Below are positions 51,401 through 64,000 of a DNA stretch of 64,000 bases, piece after piece. Both the position numbers and the translations under genes were made by a program. Source of the DNA: Auanema rhodensis (lineage: Eukaryota > Animalia > Nematoda); contig OZ059895.1 in assembly GCA_964057225.1 (NCBI GenBank), positions 15,872,001-15,936,000 of the forward strand. Direction: 5' to 3'. The notes beneath the pieces were generated by a model. That model had not been told where the DNA came from, ran no database searches, and worked only from the letters and a program-made list of their open reading frames with translations. Positions within the stretch are counted from its first letter, which is position 1. The number at the start of each line of letters is the position of its first letter.

Positions 51401-54400
51401 CACGTAACATTCAAATTTTTATTTTGCTTGAGCAATGAAGATTGGTCGGTTGGGTACAGTATTGATCTAGTTAGTGATGGCAGTTCTTATTATCAGGTAC
51501 GATCTTATATTAATTAATGCTTTGCTATATCCAGAAAGTTATTACATTTCATAATAGCAGTTCTTTTAAATGTTACAGTAGTATATTAATTAATTAATGT
51601 AGTATAGACTATGAAACTGCCTCTGAATATGACTAGTTATGCTCTATTTTTTCACTCTCAATATCATTCTCTCTACATTTTCTCTCCATATGTCTAATTT
51701 AGCCTGTGTATCAAGCTGCATCTATCATTCTGCCTCTTCTTTGTCCGAACTCTTCCTCCGCATTTTTTCTATTTTTTTGCCACTTCTTGTAGCCACTCTT
51801 TCTTTTTTTTTCTCCCCCCTCTCTCGAGCCCTATTGCTATTTTTCATTGTTGAATTTGGCAAAGGGTCAAATTGCAACAGGCTATTCCCTGACATCGGAA
51901 GATGTAAATCGGAAACTCCTCCAACAGATTCTTCGGCTGTCATGAATTACGCTGAAGCTTTTCAGACTTCTAAATACCTTCCTCTTCTCTTTCTCGCCTT
52001 TCCTCTATATAAGTCTGTCTGTTCTATCTGCATCTCTTGTCTGGCATTCCTTATTCACTTCATTTTCTAGTCCTTAATTCATTAGACGATCAACAGATAC
52101 AGATGCATGATACAAGTATATACGCTCTATTCACTGTGTGTCCATTTTACGAGCTCAATTGCTCTTTTTCTTGCACACTTTGTTAATTCAAATCAGACTT
52201 TCTTATTCCTATTCTTCTTATTCTTATTATTATTAGTTTTTTTATTCTCGCATTCGCACTCCCATATGTTATGTGTATGTTGTTGTGTCGTTTTCATAAG
52301 TCAGAATAGGCCGAAGCCTCAGTCAGTCAGTTCAAAATTTTGCTTTTGTTGTATTATATAGTACTTTCCGTCTCAAATATTCTTTTTCTTTTTCTCCCGT
52401 GAGTCCTAGTTATGCGCTGATTCTCTCGCTTGCTTCACTTATCCCTTCCATGCTTTTTCTGAGAATCACTGAATTTTAGTGACTTTTACTTGATAACAAC
52501 TTGCTGACTTCTTCATCGACAACGAATCACGCTACCTTTGTTTTGTTCATGTTTATAGCTTAAGTATGATTGAACATAAGAATATAGACGCTTAATCGAT
52601 TAATATTCAATATATCTCATAACATTTATAATGAACTTGTACTACCACGCATTTCCTTCTTACTTTTCTCTTCTTTTTTTCTTCTTTTCTTTCGCATATG
52701 TCTCTATTTCTGCCATCGCCTCATGATTTTGACGGTTTTGTCAAGTTGAGTGTAAATCTCAAGCTAATCATATGGTGAGGATGATTATTGTGAATCTTTC
52801 AAGTTTCCAATCTTAATTATGTAGCCCATGTCTCAACTGCAGATGACATGTTACGTCAGCATTTCATAGATTACTTGAATCATATGAGTGTAACATGCAG
52901 TTTTCTATAGTATAAAACTACTTGAACTCTACATTCATAGAGCTTATTGACATCATTTGTTCAACAAAAAATGCCTTCGTTGTATTTGAGTTATTTTTTC
53001 TTCTTTCTCTTGTCTGCTCTGTAGAATAATATATTTGCCAATTTCTCAATTTATATTGTGATGTTGACTAATAATGATGTGCAACGTCTACTGAAATATC
53101 TGTGTTTGATGCAAATCTAAACATTTCAAATGATTTGCCCTTTTAGCTTAAACTTTCTTGTTATTTTTTTGCTTATCTTTCAGAACTTTTCTTGTAAGAA
53201 GATAAAGAGGGAATTCTGATGAAGGCATAATGAGAGGCAAGGAGAGAGTAGGGTGCAAACCCGGAGAAACAGCTTGTGCCGTTTATTCCTTCGTTGTTCC
53301 GTTGTTGTAAATGTTGGAAATCTAAAGCTTAAAAGTCTGAAAATCGAGTAAAATAATTTCCATAAACTCCTTTAAAAAATTTATTTCTTCTAACATCATA
53401 TGATGTTGTTTTAAAACACTAAAAGCCACGTACTTGAAATGAGCTCTTATGCTGCAACAGTCTCACTTGCAACCCACATCTTTTCAAAACTCTTACCCCG
53501 CTTTTACTTCTTATTAATACCCAGTTTTCTCACTCTTTCACTATTTTTACCCTCCCTACCCTCCCTCCTTTTCTTAACACGTTGCATCACTTCATCATCA
53601 TCCATCAGTTCATTTTCCCTCTCTTCACAATCTGTCTCTTATGTACCAAGTTTTCATGGCTATTTATCGAAACCACCAGATGTTACAGCTTTAGAGATCA
53701 ATTTTAGTTCTAATTCGTCTTTTATCATATTTTGTTTTACGATACAATCAAGTGAAAGTAAAGTTTAACGATTTTCATCCCGGCCATTACCTTTTTCAAA
53801 AAAAAAGAAGAAGACGACGACGACGACGAAATTTTTCTTTATAGATTACAATGTTTTAGTCGGTTGTCATTTACTTAAGTGTTGAATAATCTCATTTTTG
53901 CTGCTTCCAGTATCATTAGTAATGCTAAGCCTACGACTAATTAGCTATTTCATACTTCTCAGATTAAGTCATCACGATAGTAGCTCATATTTCTCTACTC
54001 AACTTACAGATTTTTCTGTTTGGTCATCATCAAAATTCTCAAATCTTACATATGTGTATATATGTGTTGAAATTTTGTGTCAATTCTCATATCTCCCTTC
54101 TGGCTCAATTTTCATCATCGACCCTCATTACTAATTGAGAATGTATCATCTTATCATCGTCGTAGCTTCAGCATACTGTTATTACTTAACTGAATACTTT
54201 TTTTTGACGCCGAAAGCATCAGTTTTCCCTTACGGATTAGATATATGCATGTATCTTGTGCTTGCTAGCGCCTGAAATAATCAGCCATCTATCCTTAACA
54301 TGTTTTCCTTAATAAATGACTCTTCTTCATATAGTACAAGAACAATTTTGAACTAGTAATATGTGATTATAATCAATTTTTTTTCCGTTCCCGCGATATG

Positions 54401-55758
54401 TCATCAAAGTGCTGTTAATGCTTTTGACTAGTAATTCTTTCGATTGCAACTATAGGCAATGTTTCTTCACTTATAACAAATAATCTTAATATAATAATAA
54501 TATTCGTTTTATTTTAAATATCGAAACTATACCTTGTAGTAGTGATTATTATATAATTATTCCATTCATTTATGAGTTATTGGTTTTCAACTGATTTAAG
54601 TATCATCCAATTTCTATTCTTGTTCTTTTCTTTCTTTCGTTCTCTCTTTCTCTCTCTCTTCCTCTTCCTATTTTCTTTTCTCGCTCCTTCTCTCCACCAA
54701 TCTACCACCCACTTCATCTCCCACTCTTTTCCTTTCTCTCATATACATCATCTTCATAAGTAAATTAATAACATTTCATTTATTTTAACTATATGTAATA
54801 TCTTACTTTGACCTCTCATGAAATTATACTAAAATTAAATAGAAAATTACTACGCAATTTCTCTCATAACTGTTATCCATATGTCAGAGCTGTGAAAGTA
54901 TGAGCCATCATCACCCATCGTCTATTTGACTTCTAGCGACCAAACCCATTTCACGCTGAAGTCAGTTTCACCACGATTGAGACGAAGACAGCAGTATTCG
55001 CGCTTCATCATCATCCGAGCGAATTGCACCCTCGCCGAATCTCTTAGTATCAGTCCATCATAATCATTTATCGGAATGTATGTGTCTGTGTATGTGCATT
55101 TGTGTACGCATATTCAAGCAAAATCACTGCCGAAAGCCCTTATTCGCCAGCTTTAGCTCCATCTGGTGTTCAGAAGTCTGTTATGCTCAGCACTCCAGAT
55201 TCCCAAGCTTTAAAAGCGGAATAAAGCCATACCAAGCAGTTGGTCGTCGAACGTGTGCAGCAAGGTCATGGATCGGTATATCCTTTTATTATTCTTAGGC
55301 CAGCACCTTCAATTCAATGTCTCTGCAACGCCAATAAGAGTAAGGTCTCCTATTCTGGAGATCAACTCATCGAAGCCGCATGCTTTACTTCATTCGTCGT
55401 TCAGTTCTTCATTCCCATTATTTATCTTTCGTTTTTATATTTATTAATAGTCATTACACATGAACATAGTACATTCATCCATAGTTTGAGACAAAATGTC
55501 TTCGTCATCCATTTACAAAGGTAGATGCATATGCATTGGAAATCCCAAGCACATTCCATTTACATTGCGTTCTCATCTCCAGTTCCATTCGTCCATTCTC
55601 AAACGTCTGCCATCAAACGTTGCCCTCATTTATCAAAAACATTAATGAATGATCAGGCTGATTAAAATCATTTCAAACGTTTGTCACAAGCTGTTGCTCG
55701 TCTTGAATGTGTTGTACTGACGTATTTAAGGGCCGACAACAAAAGTACGCTATTTGGT

Positions 55759-55807
55759 GTGCTGCTTGCGAGAGATGGCCGTGCTGCTTGCGAAAGATGG
55801 CCGTGCT
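55759..55807. repeat. 22-bp tandem duplication (2.2 copies)
   Basis: GTGCTGCTTGCGAGAGATGGCC / GTGCTGCTTGCGAAAGATGGCC / GTGCT. Confidence 0.85.
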
Positions 55808-56742
55808 CTCAAGATCACATTCAATGTGTTTCTTAATCAACATCTCTAATAACTTGAACCACAATTTTCTTTTTTTTTGTTGAATTTTTCATGTTTTCAC
55901 CTACAAGATACTCACATGCACATATTCTGCATCTTGTTTTCGAGCGTTGTTACTCAAGAGTAGAAGTAGGAGAGAAGTTTCCTCCCTCACTCTCTCTCTC
56001 TCTCTCTCTCTTGAGATTATCTAACCAATGCTACTCTTACCCTATGATATTTAGATCAACAAGTCATCCATGATATCAATTACCTAATTACTAATAACAC
56101 TGGAAGAATTATGATGATGCATATCGCCTACGTCATTACAAAGTATTTTGATCTGCTTTCATATGGTGGTGAGCATGCGCCTACATATGCTATAGGTTTA
56201 CCCTCCTTCTCAAGCATTTTCTGTATTCCTTCAAGTTCTATAATCTTTAAGTAATACAAGACGAGTAATTTATATTTCATTCTTCAAACGAAAATTGAGA
56301 GTATGTCGTTTTCGCTGTTACTGATCTTACATCTGAAACTAGAGCCAAATCTTTATCCGTACATGGTAATTAGAATACATAGACGATGAAGATGACAACG
56401 AATACGAATCGTGTATGTTAATCTGTATCAGTCTTTCACTATGCTCAAACTTGTAAGTTGAACCTAACCGTCTCCTCTGCCATGTCTATCTTCACTTAAT
56501 TGTTACTATGTGATTGTGATGTGCAATCATGAACTAGAGCATAGGCTCTATTCAGTTGTGGCATGTTGCATTCCAAATATATCCACCAGAGGACAAGAGT
56601 TTTTTTTCTTCTTCACAAGAAGAATGAAGGAGAAGAAAGAAAGATATGAAGATAATAGACGGAATCTTTCTTTAAGCTACATTTTTCTTTTATCTTTCTG
56701 TCCTCGTTTTCCCCACCCCTATCTTCTCTCTCTTCCTCCCCG

Positions 56743-56810
<68 letters not shown>

Positions 56811-56830
56811 AAACACACACACACACGCAC
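56743..56830. repeat. (TC)n followed by (AC)n microsatellite
   Basis: Visible dinucleotide runs. Confidence 0.9.
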
Positions 56831-59710
56831 AAATCATATCTCCCTGTTATTCCACTTTTTTTTCAGCTAAAGAGTATCTATAGCCCCTCATCTATAAATA
56901 TCTTTGTATTGAAAAAAAAATTTAAGAACACGAATAGAAGGAATAAAATTATTCATTCATTACATAGTCTTAAATATAGGATCTGATTACTACAACATGG
57001 CTCTTCTATGTATTTCAGTCTTTTCACTCTTTCTTTCACTTCTTTTTATCCTTTCTTCCTTCGTCCTCTTCCATATTTTGAAGCAGAATCATGCTTGTCA
57101 TATTACTTACAGAGATACATAAGAGATTAGAAGAGCTGAGAAAGTTAAAGTAACCTCTACCTAACTTATCCCTCTATTTTCTCTCTCTCTCTCTCTTTCT
57201 CTTTCTCATTCTCTCTTTTTCTCTCTCTAAGTCTCTCTTTCTCGCTCTTTCTCTCTCTTTCTCGCTTTTCTCCTCTTTATCTCTTCTCACTTACCTTCCC
57301 CTGCTTTCTCTGGTTCCCTCTAAGTATATTTTTCTACCTTCCCTTTTCCCCTGGCACGTTTGGGTGAGAAGAGGAGGATATTGTGTGGGATGGAATATAT
57401 TTCAAAGAGAACGAAAGATCCAACTCTTGATTGTAGGTCGTACTGCAGACAGGAGATTCCCTTCAAGCGCTACACATAGATATATTTATTCATCAGTTCC
57501 TAAAGTTTGTTACATCTCTCAATGCATCCGAATGTTCAGACATTTCTATTCAAAATCAAGGTTTTAGCTTCTTTGTCCTCAATTTTTTCTCATATTTTGT
57601 GCCTAATGTCACATGCTCTCACTGTTCTCTTCGTATAATCTATGAAAATTATATTTTTCTCAAATATAGTTCCAGCTTTATGTCTTTATTTTCAGTTTCT
57701 TTTTATATTTATCTTTTCTCAATATAATATATCTTACAACGTGCACATAGATCACGTCTTTTACCCCACTATTTAGGGAGAAACCGTCAATCTGATGCTT
57801 TTTCATCTTTTTGTTTCCATCTCATTCATTCGTTTTATACATCTATATCTTCTTCATCTATCCACTATTTTATCTTTTTCTCTTCTTTCTCTTCTCCATT
57901 TTCTACTCTCATACTCTTTGTTGCTTTTCAACTCATTATCCTCTACTTCGTTTCCATATATGTAATGTCTCAGCGAATGCCATCATGCCGTTTCGACTTT
58001 TCGATCATCTAATGACCTTACCACAAGGTTCAATCTCAGTCTTCTCGTCAACTAAAACAGAAAAAACTTACAAAACAAATCAGATTTCCTTTTCTCATTT
58101 TTCAATTCCTCCTCGAACACTTGTCGCTAAATGTTTCGTCACTGATTGACTGATATACGAGATACATACATAGATCTCGAACCTCTAAACAAGCACATTT
58201 TTAATCTTCTCTTGTCAAAAGATGTTGTCGTGCTCTTCTTTATTCTTGTAAAAACTTAAAAATCATATTGCTTCCTTCTCATATCTCTTTTAATTCAAGT
58301 GTAACACTTTACGGTACGCATACGTGCATATAGTTAAGCTGAATGTATATGTCTTAGCTTATAAGCGTGAAGTTATATATGCTGCTACATCTATGGCACC
58401 TCGTACATCCTTTCATGTGTGTCTGTGTGGGCTTGTGTACGTCCCATCTTCACAACTGTTTCGTGGGCAGTTTGATAAAATGTTGTACATTGTGTTAGTT
58501 AGTTTTGAATAATCTATATTTATATATGCAGATTTGTCCATATTTTTTCCTCCTGTCGTTCTAGGCACAATATGCCCCACTTAGTTATGTCCCAAGTAGT
58601 CAACGTACATGAGAGATTGGCTAAATACTTGTTCTCCGAAATTTCTTTTTTTGGCTTGGCATCCGGCTTCAACTTCCTTATTCATGATCTGTTCACTCAT
58701 TTCAATTTTGATGTTCAAATTTGATGATCAGCCTTAAATCAATAATCTTTGAGCATATGCATATCGTATATATGAACATCAGAGCTATTATTTGATCATG
58801 TATGTTCCTTATTAAAGTATTGTAGCACTTTTTCAATCACTTTTCATACTTTGTATGAAGCAGAAGTAATAACGTTTTGTCCTGAACGTTTTCGCCGAGC
58901 GTTCGCTAATGACACGAGAAGTCTTGAACTCTTCCTGTCAGCTTTGTTTGCTTCTCGCTTGCTTCATGATCTCAACTCGTATTCATAAATTCGCAAATTA
59001 CATTGAAATTTTGCATGAACTTCATGCGTATCCGTTATGTTTTGACAGCGTTTCTTTCATTCATTTCTTGCTCTATTCAGCATACTGACCTTCCAACGAG
59101 ATTTCTGTCCAGCTCTCCGCTATTTCCTTCGTTCAGCACCTTTCTTTTCTCAGGTCTCTCTCTCTTTCTCTCTCTGAGCTATTTCGGTGTCGTTCCTCCC
59201 TTCTTGACTCATTGTCTATCTTGACTCTCAAACTCATGTATTGTTTTCTTTTTTTTTTGTCCTATTTTCATTTTCTGGTGTCTGATTCTGTAGTTATTTT
59301 TATAACATTTCCAGTCGTTAAGCAAGATCCTTACACTATACTTTCAATTCTTTCATACAGTACAGTATTGAAATGTGATCAGAAGTTGGATTAATTCCTT
59401 TTTTGCAATTGTTTCTTCATTTATCAATTACCATCATATTTTTCTTTTTGATCTTCTCCTCATCTCATCAACAATTGTGCTGATCATCAGCTCATCCACA
59501 CATCGTCTCATCTTTGCCAACTTCCTCGTCATTTCAGTACTGATATCTTAACTTATATTTACATATATTACTGCATATTATTCAAGTGAATTAATATATT
59601 TATATTTTTTTCACATAATTCATGAATTCTATTATGAAGTTTTTTTTTGTTTAAAAAAGAAAAAAAAAAGAAAGAAAACTATTTAGGGTTGGCCTCCGGC
59701 TTCGGCTATC

Positions 59711-60252
59711 ATGAGCAATTGCTCGCTACAACGCGAGCCTGTCATGGCGGTAACCACATCCATGATGTCTATCATAACATGTTATATTGTGGTCTTTATC
59801 ATAGCTTTTGTTGGAAATGTTACTATGTTTTTAATTATTTTACGGTACGTTCTAATCATATAGTATATAGGATATAACTAGAAGAGATATAACTAGTCGA
59901 GTATATGTAGCAGAGATATGCATGTACGTTCATATTGATGTCACATACATCCATATGATGCGGTGGTACATGTGTGCATTCATCTTATACATGCATATAT
60001 CAAAATATTATATTATTGAATATTCTAATTATAATTAGAATAATTAAAATTACTATAATTTTATTTATTTATAGTAATCAATTGATAAAAGTACGACGTG
60101 TTCATTCGTTACTACTTCATATGAATATAGCACATCTCATGGTCACCCTGCTATATATGCCTAAAGAAATACTGCATAACTACACAATCGCATGGTTAGG
60201 TGGAGATTTTGTAAGTTTTAACTATTTATTTATCTTATAAACTATATTATAT

Positions 60253-60335
<83 letters not shown>

Positions 60336-62408
60336 TGTATTTCATATATTTCAATAATATTATAATTCTCTTTTGATTAAGAAGAACATATGTATACACC
60401 ATAGACACAGATATTCATGTATTTGTATGTGTTTATACTATATGCTTATATGTGCATTCATCTTCGAAACCATAACAAATAGGGCACGTAGTATTGAAGG
60501 ATTTGCATAATACATAATATTATATAATTTATATAATTTTAATTATACATATAATCTTCATTTTTAATGTGCTTTTCAGCTTTGTCGTCTCTGCAAGTTT
60601 TTTGACGTCTTCGGCATTGCTTTATCCATGAATATACTGATTTGTATATCATTAGATCGATTTTATTCCATATTCTTTCCACTATATGCTATGAGAGCTC
60701 GAAAAAGTGTTCAACGTATGGTCATGATAGCTTGGGTTGTAAGCTTTATGACATCAGCTCCACAGGTACTGTATATGATATAGCTTATACAAGCACACAC
60801 ACACACACACATACACATATCCACACTCAATAGATGGACAGCACGTTTGCATTCATTTGTCATTGTTCTCATACTTATCTTGTCCTCCCGAACATTTTCA
60901 TCTTCATATTGCTTCAAACCCTTTTTTTTTATATATTTTGCTCCAGCCTATTGTTCCTCCAATTTCAGCATAATATTTTACTATTTCTAATAATTATAAT
61001 TATTTTAGTTGTACTTATTCAAAATGGCTGTTCATCCCTGCTTTCAATGGTATACACAATGTGTTTCAAAGAACTTTATTGGCGAAATGTCTACCGAGGT
61101 AGTTTATTGAGATGATTCATTATTCCATTCAAACATATAATTTTGAATACCATATAAATTATACAAACTATATACATTTATCCTAATTTATGGATAGCTC
61201 ATATATTTTTTTTTGGATAATTTGTACTCTTCATATCCGTACTCTTGTGATCTCAAGTTCAGATTGAACAGAAATCTTGCTGCATTTCCTTTGATGGTGA
61301 CGATAGTATGAAAGCTAAAAATCAAAATGCTATTATTATTTTATATTTATATTATTATAGTTATTATAGTTATAAAGGTAATTATTTAATATATTCGCCT
61401 TTTTCAGGCTGTTTTTTACTTTTCAATATTGAATATTGTACAAGTTTACTTCTTACCATTAGTTGTCACATTACTTTGCTATTCACTGATTTTATGGAAA
61501 ATATCTGCTCAAACAACGGAGAAAGAAAGTAAAAATTAAATATTTCTTGTTTTAACTATATATGTATATACTTAACTATATACATATACTGTTATAGATC
61601 TGGAAAAGAATGATATGTTGCTGCGGCGAAATGGTGTGAATACGCTGGAGCGTGCTCGAAGTCGTACTTTGCGCATGACATTCGTCATTGTGCTGGCATT
61701 CATATTATGCTGGACACCTTATGCTATTCTCATGTTTCTTCATTTCCTGACAAAAACTGATTGGTTAGTTAGTTTTCTCATTAATTTCTATTATTCTATG
61801 GCTAATAGCCGTTCACTTATTTCCGAAATATATTTTGACGACGACATTTCTGAGGCAGTTTATTGAATAAATTTTAAAAATCATCTAATTATGCTCTATA
61901 AATAAGCTTTGAAATGCATTTAGAGCAGATTCATAGACCATCCTTTGCGTAATTATTAATACAATTATCTGAACTATTCATGTACTTTATTTTCCGGCCA
62001 AACTTTAAGTGGAGAAAAGAAAAAATGGAGAAAAGTAAGAAAACCGAGGGGCACTGCTTTGATGAATGGGACCCCGAGACTCTTGTCGACTATATATAAA
62101 TCAGCTATTTTTGGATTCAAAGAAGAAGCAAAAAACTTTCTTTTTTTCTATCATCTCTCACCTTTTCGTATACTAAAATAATATAGTTGCACTTACAATA
62201 TGTCTGAATATCTCATTCTCCCTTTCTCTCTCTTCCTCTCTATGTCATACTCTCACCCTCTTAGACGTATATAAGTTTGAGGTAAAAAGATAATTGCTCC
62301 AAGCTATTTCTATGGACATTTTAAATGAATTTTGACACCTATGCTTAGATAACTGGCAATATGAGTATGAGCTTGTTGAAGATCTATACAACATATATTA
62401 TATATATA

Positions 62409-62467
<59 letters not shown>

Positions 62468-63813
62468 TTCCCTATTCACTGTCTATTGGAAGTAGGAAGG
62501 GGGATTAGCAAAAATTGACACATACGTACCATTGTGAAGGTGGCAGAACAGAAGTAAGAGAGGGAGAGAAAGAGAGAATTGCGGTAGTGAGGGGAAAAAA
62601 CAGAAGCGTTATAAACTCGTTAACGTCCATCATTCTCTCGAACCAATTGTACGAAGTTTTGCTTAAAAAAACAGAAAGATAGGAAGAAAGAAGGGAAAAG
62701 AGAGAAAGAGAGAAAGAGAGAGAGAGAGAGAATGTGTAAGAATGTTGAATTAAATTGACACAGTGAGAGAGGGAACTATTAGAATCAGAAGAGGATTAGG
62801 AGACTATAAAGCTAAAACCTTCAAGCTTGATCAAGCCATAAAACAAAGCCTTAATTACCATATATACATGATTTGTTTATAGATTCTATCTATTATAATG
62901 AGAATTGAGTCAAACCATATGATATCTATTACATCTAATCTTTCAGGATCCCAAAAGATCTGCGCAAGTTCATCTATGCTTTTGCTGTGTTCAACTCAGC
63001 TATATCTCCATATCTTTATGGATATTTCTCATTCGACGTACGACGTGAGCTGAAATTGTTAATGACATGTTCAAAACTGACGGCATCAGAGCGTAACTTG
63101 TCATGTTCAACCAATGTGTCTCGGTAAGTCTTCTTGTATTCAACATCCGATCATCCGCTTGAAGCATGTATCCTTTGACGAACATCTTCAGCCTTTCATC
63201 CACCCCACACCATGCCCATAACGTCTCCCTCCAAACCACCCCCAAAGCCATACGCTTAGGTCTATTATGCTTGAAACAATCATAAGCTGAAAGTGTTCCG
63301 CTCGTTTGCCTCAGCAAAGCACATGGCAAGCTGTTTGCCATCCAGCTACACGTTAGCCTAACAATGACTGAATAAGTGAAAACGTTGTCGTCGACAATAG
63401 CCAAACACACATTAGCATCTCCTTTTCAGCAACTTTTTTTTTGTTTGAAGCTATGAAACTTCAGCCTATCCCGTAGTAATCGTATCTATATAAATCTTGC
63501 ATGCAAATTCCCGCATGTTTCACATCCGTTTGAGATAATCAAACCCAAACGATTGCTATTTACTCCATAATTTATAATTTAGTTGGGATTGGTATAATGC
63601 TCAAAGACAACATGAGCTCCTCCTTCTTCTCTCCCTTCTTCTTTACCCTCTCTGTATTATGCTATAATGAGAACTAGTCTCTCGCTTAGTGTCTGATTCT
63701 TTCCAACTATCTCTTCCATCTATTTCATGCTTTTTCATCTGTGAATTAAAGACCTCCCACTCATTCCCTGCTATCTCACTTCCTCTCCCTTCCTTTTATT
63801 CCTCTTCCTCTTT

Positions 63814-63897
<84 letters not shown>

Positions 63898-64000
63898 TTC
63901 TCTCTTTCTCTCTTTCTCTCTTTCTCTCTTTCTCTCTTTCTCTCTTGCTCTATTATCTTTCTTACTACTTCTGTCTCTTTATACAGCAGATCTACTAATG
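59711..64000 (+). CDS. gnrr-1: Rhodopsin-family neuropeptide GPCR, GnRH/AKH receptor-like (gnrr-1-like); at least 7 exons, C-terminus probably beyond the window
   Basis: Exons at about 59711-59844, 60075-60210, 60581-60765, 61009-61098, 61409-61528, 61598-61763 and 62947-63122. They encode FVGNVTM, LLLHMNIAHLMVTLLYMPKEI..AWLGGDFLCRLCKF, CISLDRF, YTQCVS, RARSRTLRMTFVIVLAFILCWTPY and FAVFNSAISPYLYG. A likely next acceptor lies near 63986-63989. The family is certain; the orthology symbol is moderate. Confidence 0.85.
60248..60333. repeat. (AT)n microsatellite in a GPCR intron
   Basis: Long TA run. Confidence 0.95.
62393..62464. repeat. (AT)n microsatellite in a GPCR intron
   Basis: Long TA run. 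Confidence 0.95.
63818..63945. repeat. (CT)n microsatellite with a degenerate CTCTCTTT tail
   Basis: Long CT run. Confidence 0.95.

Noticed and set aside
55080-55524. Overlapping plus-strand ORFs as a coding gene
   Set aside because: Joining them needs an intron of about 23 nt, the other frames have stops, and there are no recognisable motifs.
51639-58149. Long Leu/Ser/Phe-rich ORFs (e.g. 51639-52070, 53439-53768, 56510-56986, 57811-58149)
   Set aside because: They are translations of CT-rich low-complexity DNA and microsatellites.
1-64000. Telomeric (TTAGGC)n tracts or transposase/reverse-transcriptase remnants
   Set aside because: Only isolated single hexamers were seen, with no terminal inverted repeats or mobile-element coding motifs.

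Overview
Eukaryotic, almost certainly rhabditid nematode, genomic DNA: short AT-rich GT..AG introns with TTTCAG-type acceptors, a nematode-type U1 snRNA (5' AAACUUACCUGG) and nematode gene families. The window has four zones. (1) 1-24826: about 125 head-to-tail copies of a length-invariant 199-bp satellite; the many 69-aa ORFs there are artefacts. (2) About 25.4-27.0 kb: one Srh/Sri-like serpentine chemoreceptor gene wedged between two arrays. (3) 27576-35299: a 727-bp tandem array whose every unit carries a U1 snRNA gene (11 copies, with an unusual loop I) and a tRNA-Asp(GUC) gene (10 copies plus a decayed remnant), both on the minus strand and invisible to the ORF track. This is the most interesting element. 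(4) 35.4-64 kb: ordinary intron-rich genes. On the minus strand: a small secreted Cys-rich protein, a possible single-pass micro-membrane protein, a TRM10-family protein with a degenerate SAM motif, an EPT1/SELENOI-type phosphotransferase (probable operon with the TRM10 gene), an alpha-type nAChR subunit and an NRF-6-like acyltransferase. On the plus strand: a GnRH/AKH-receptor-like GPCR that probably runs off the window. Gene models were spliced by eye, so termini are approximate where stated.
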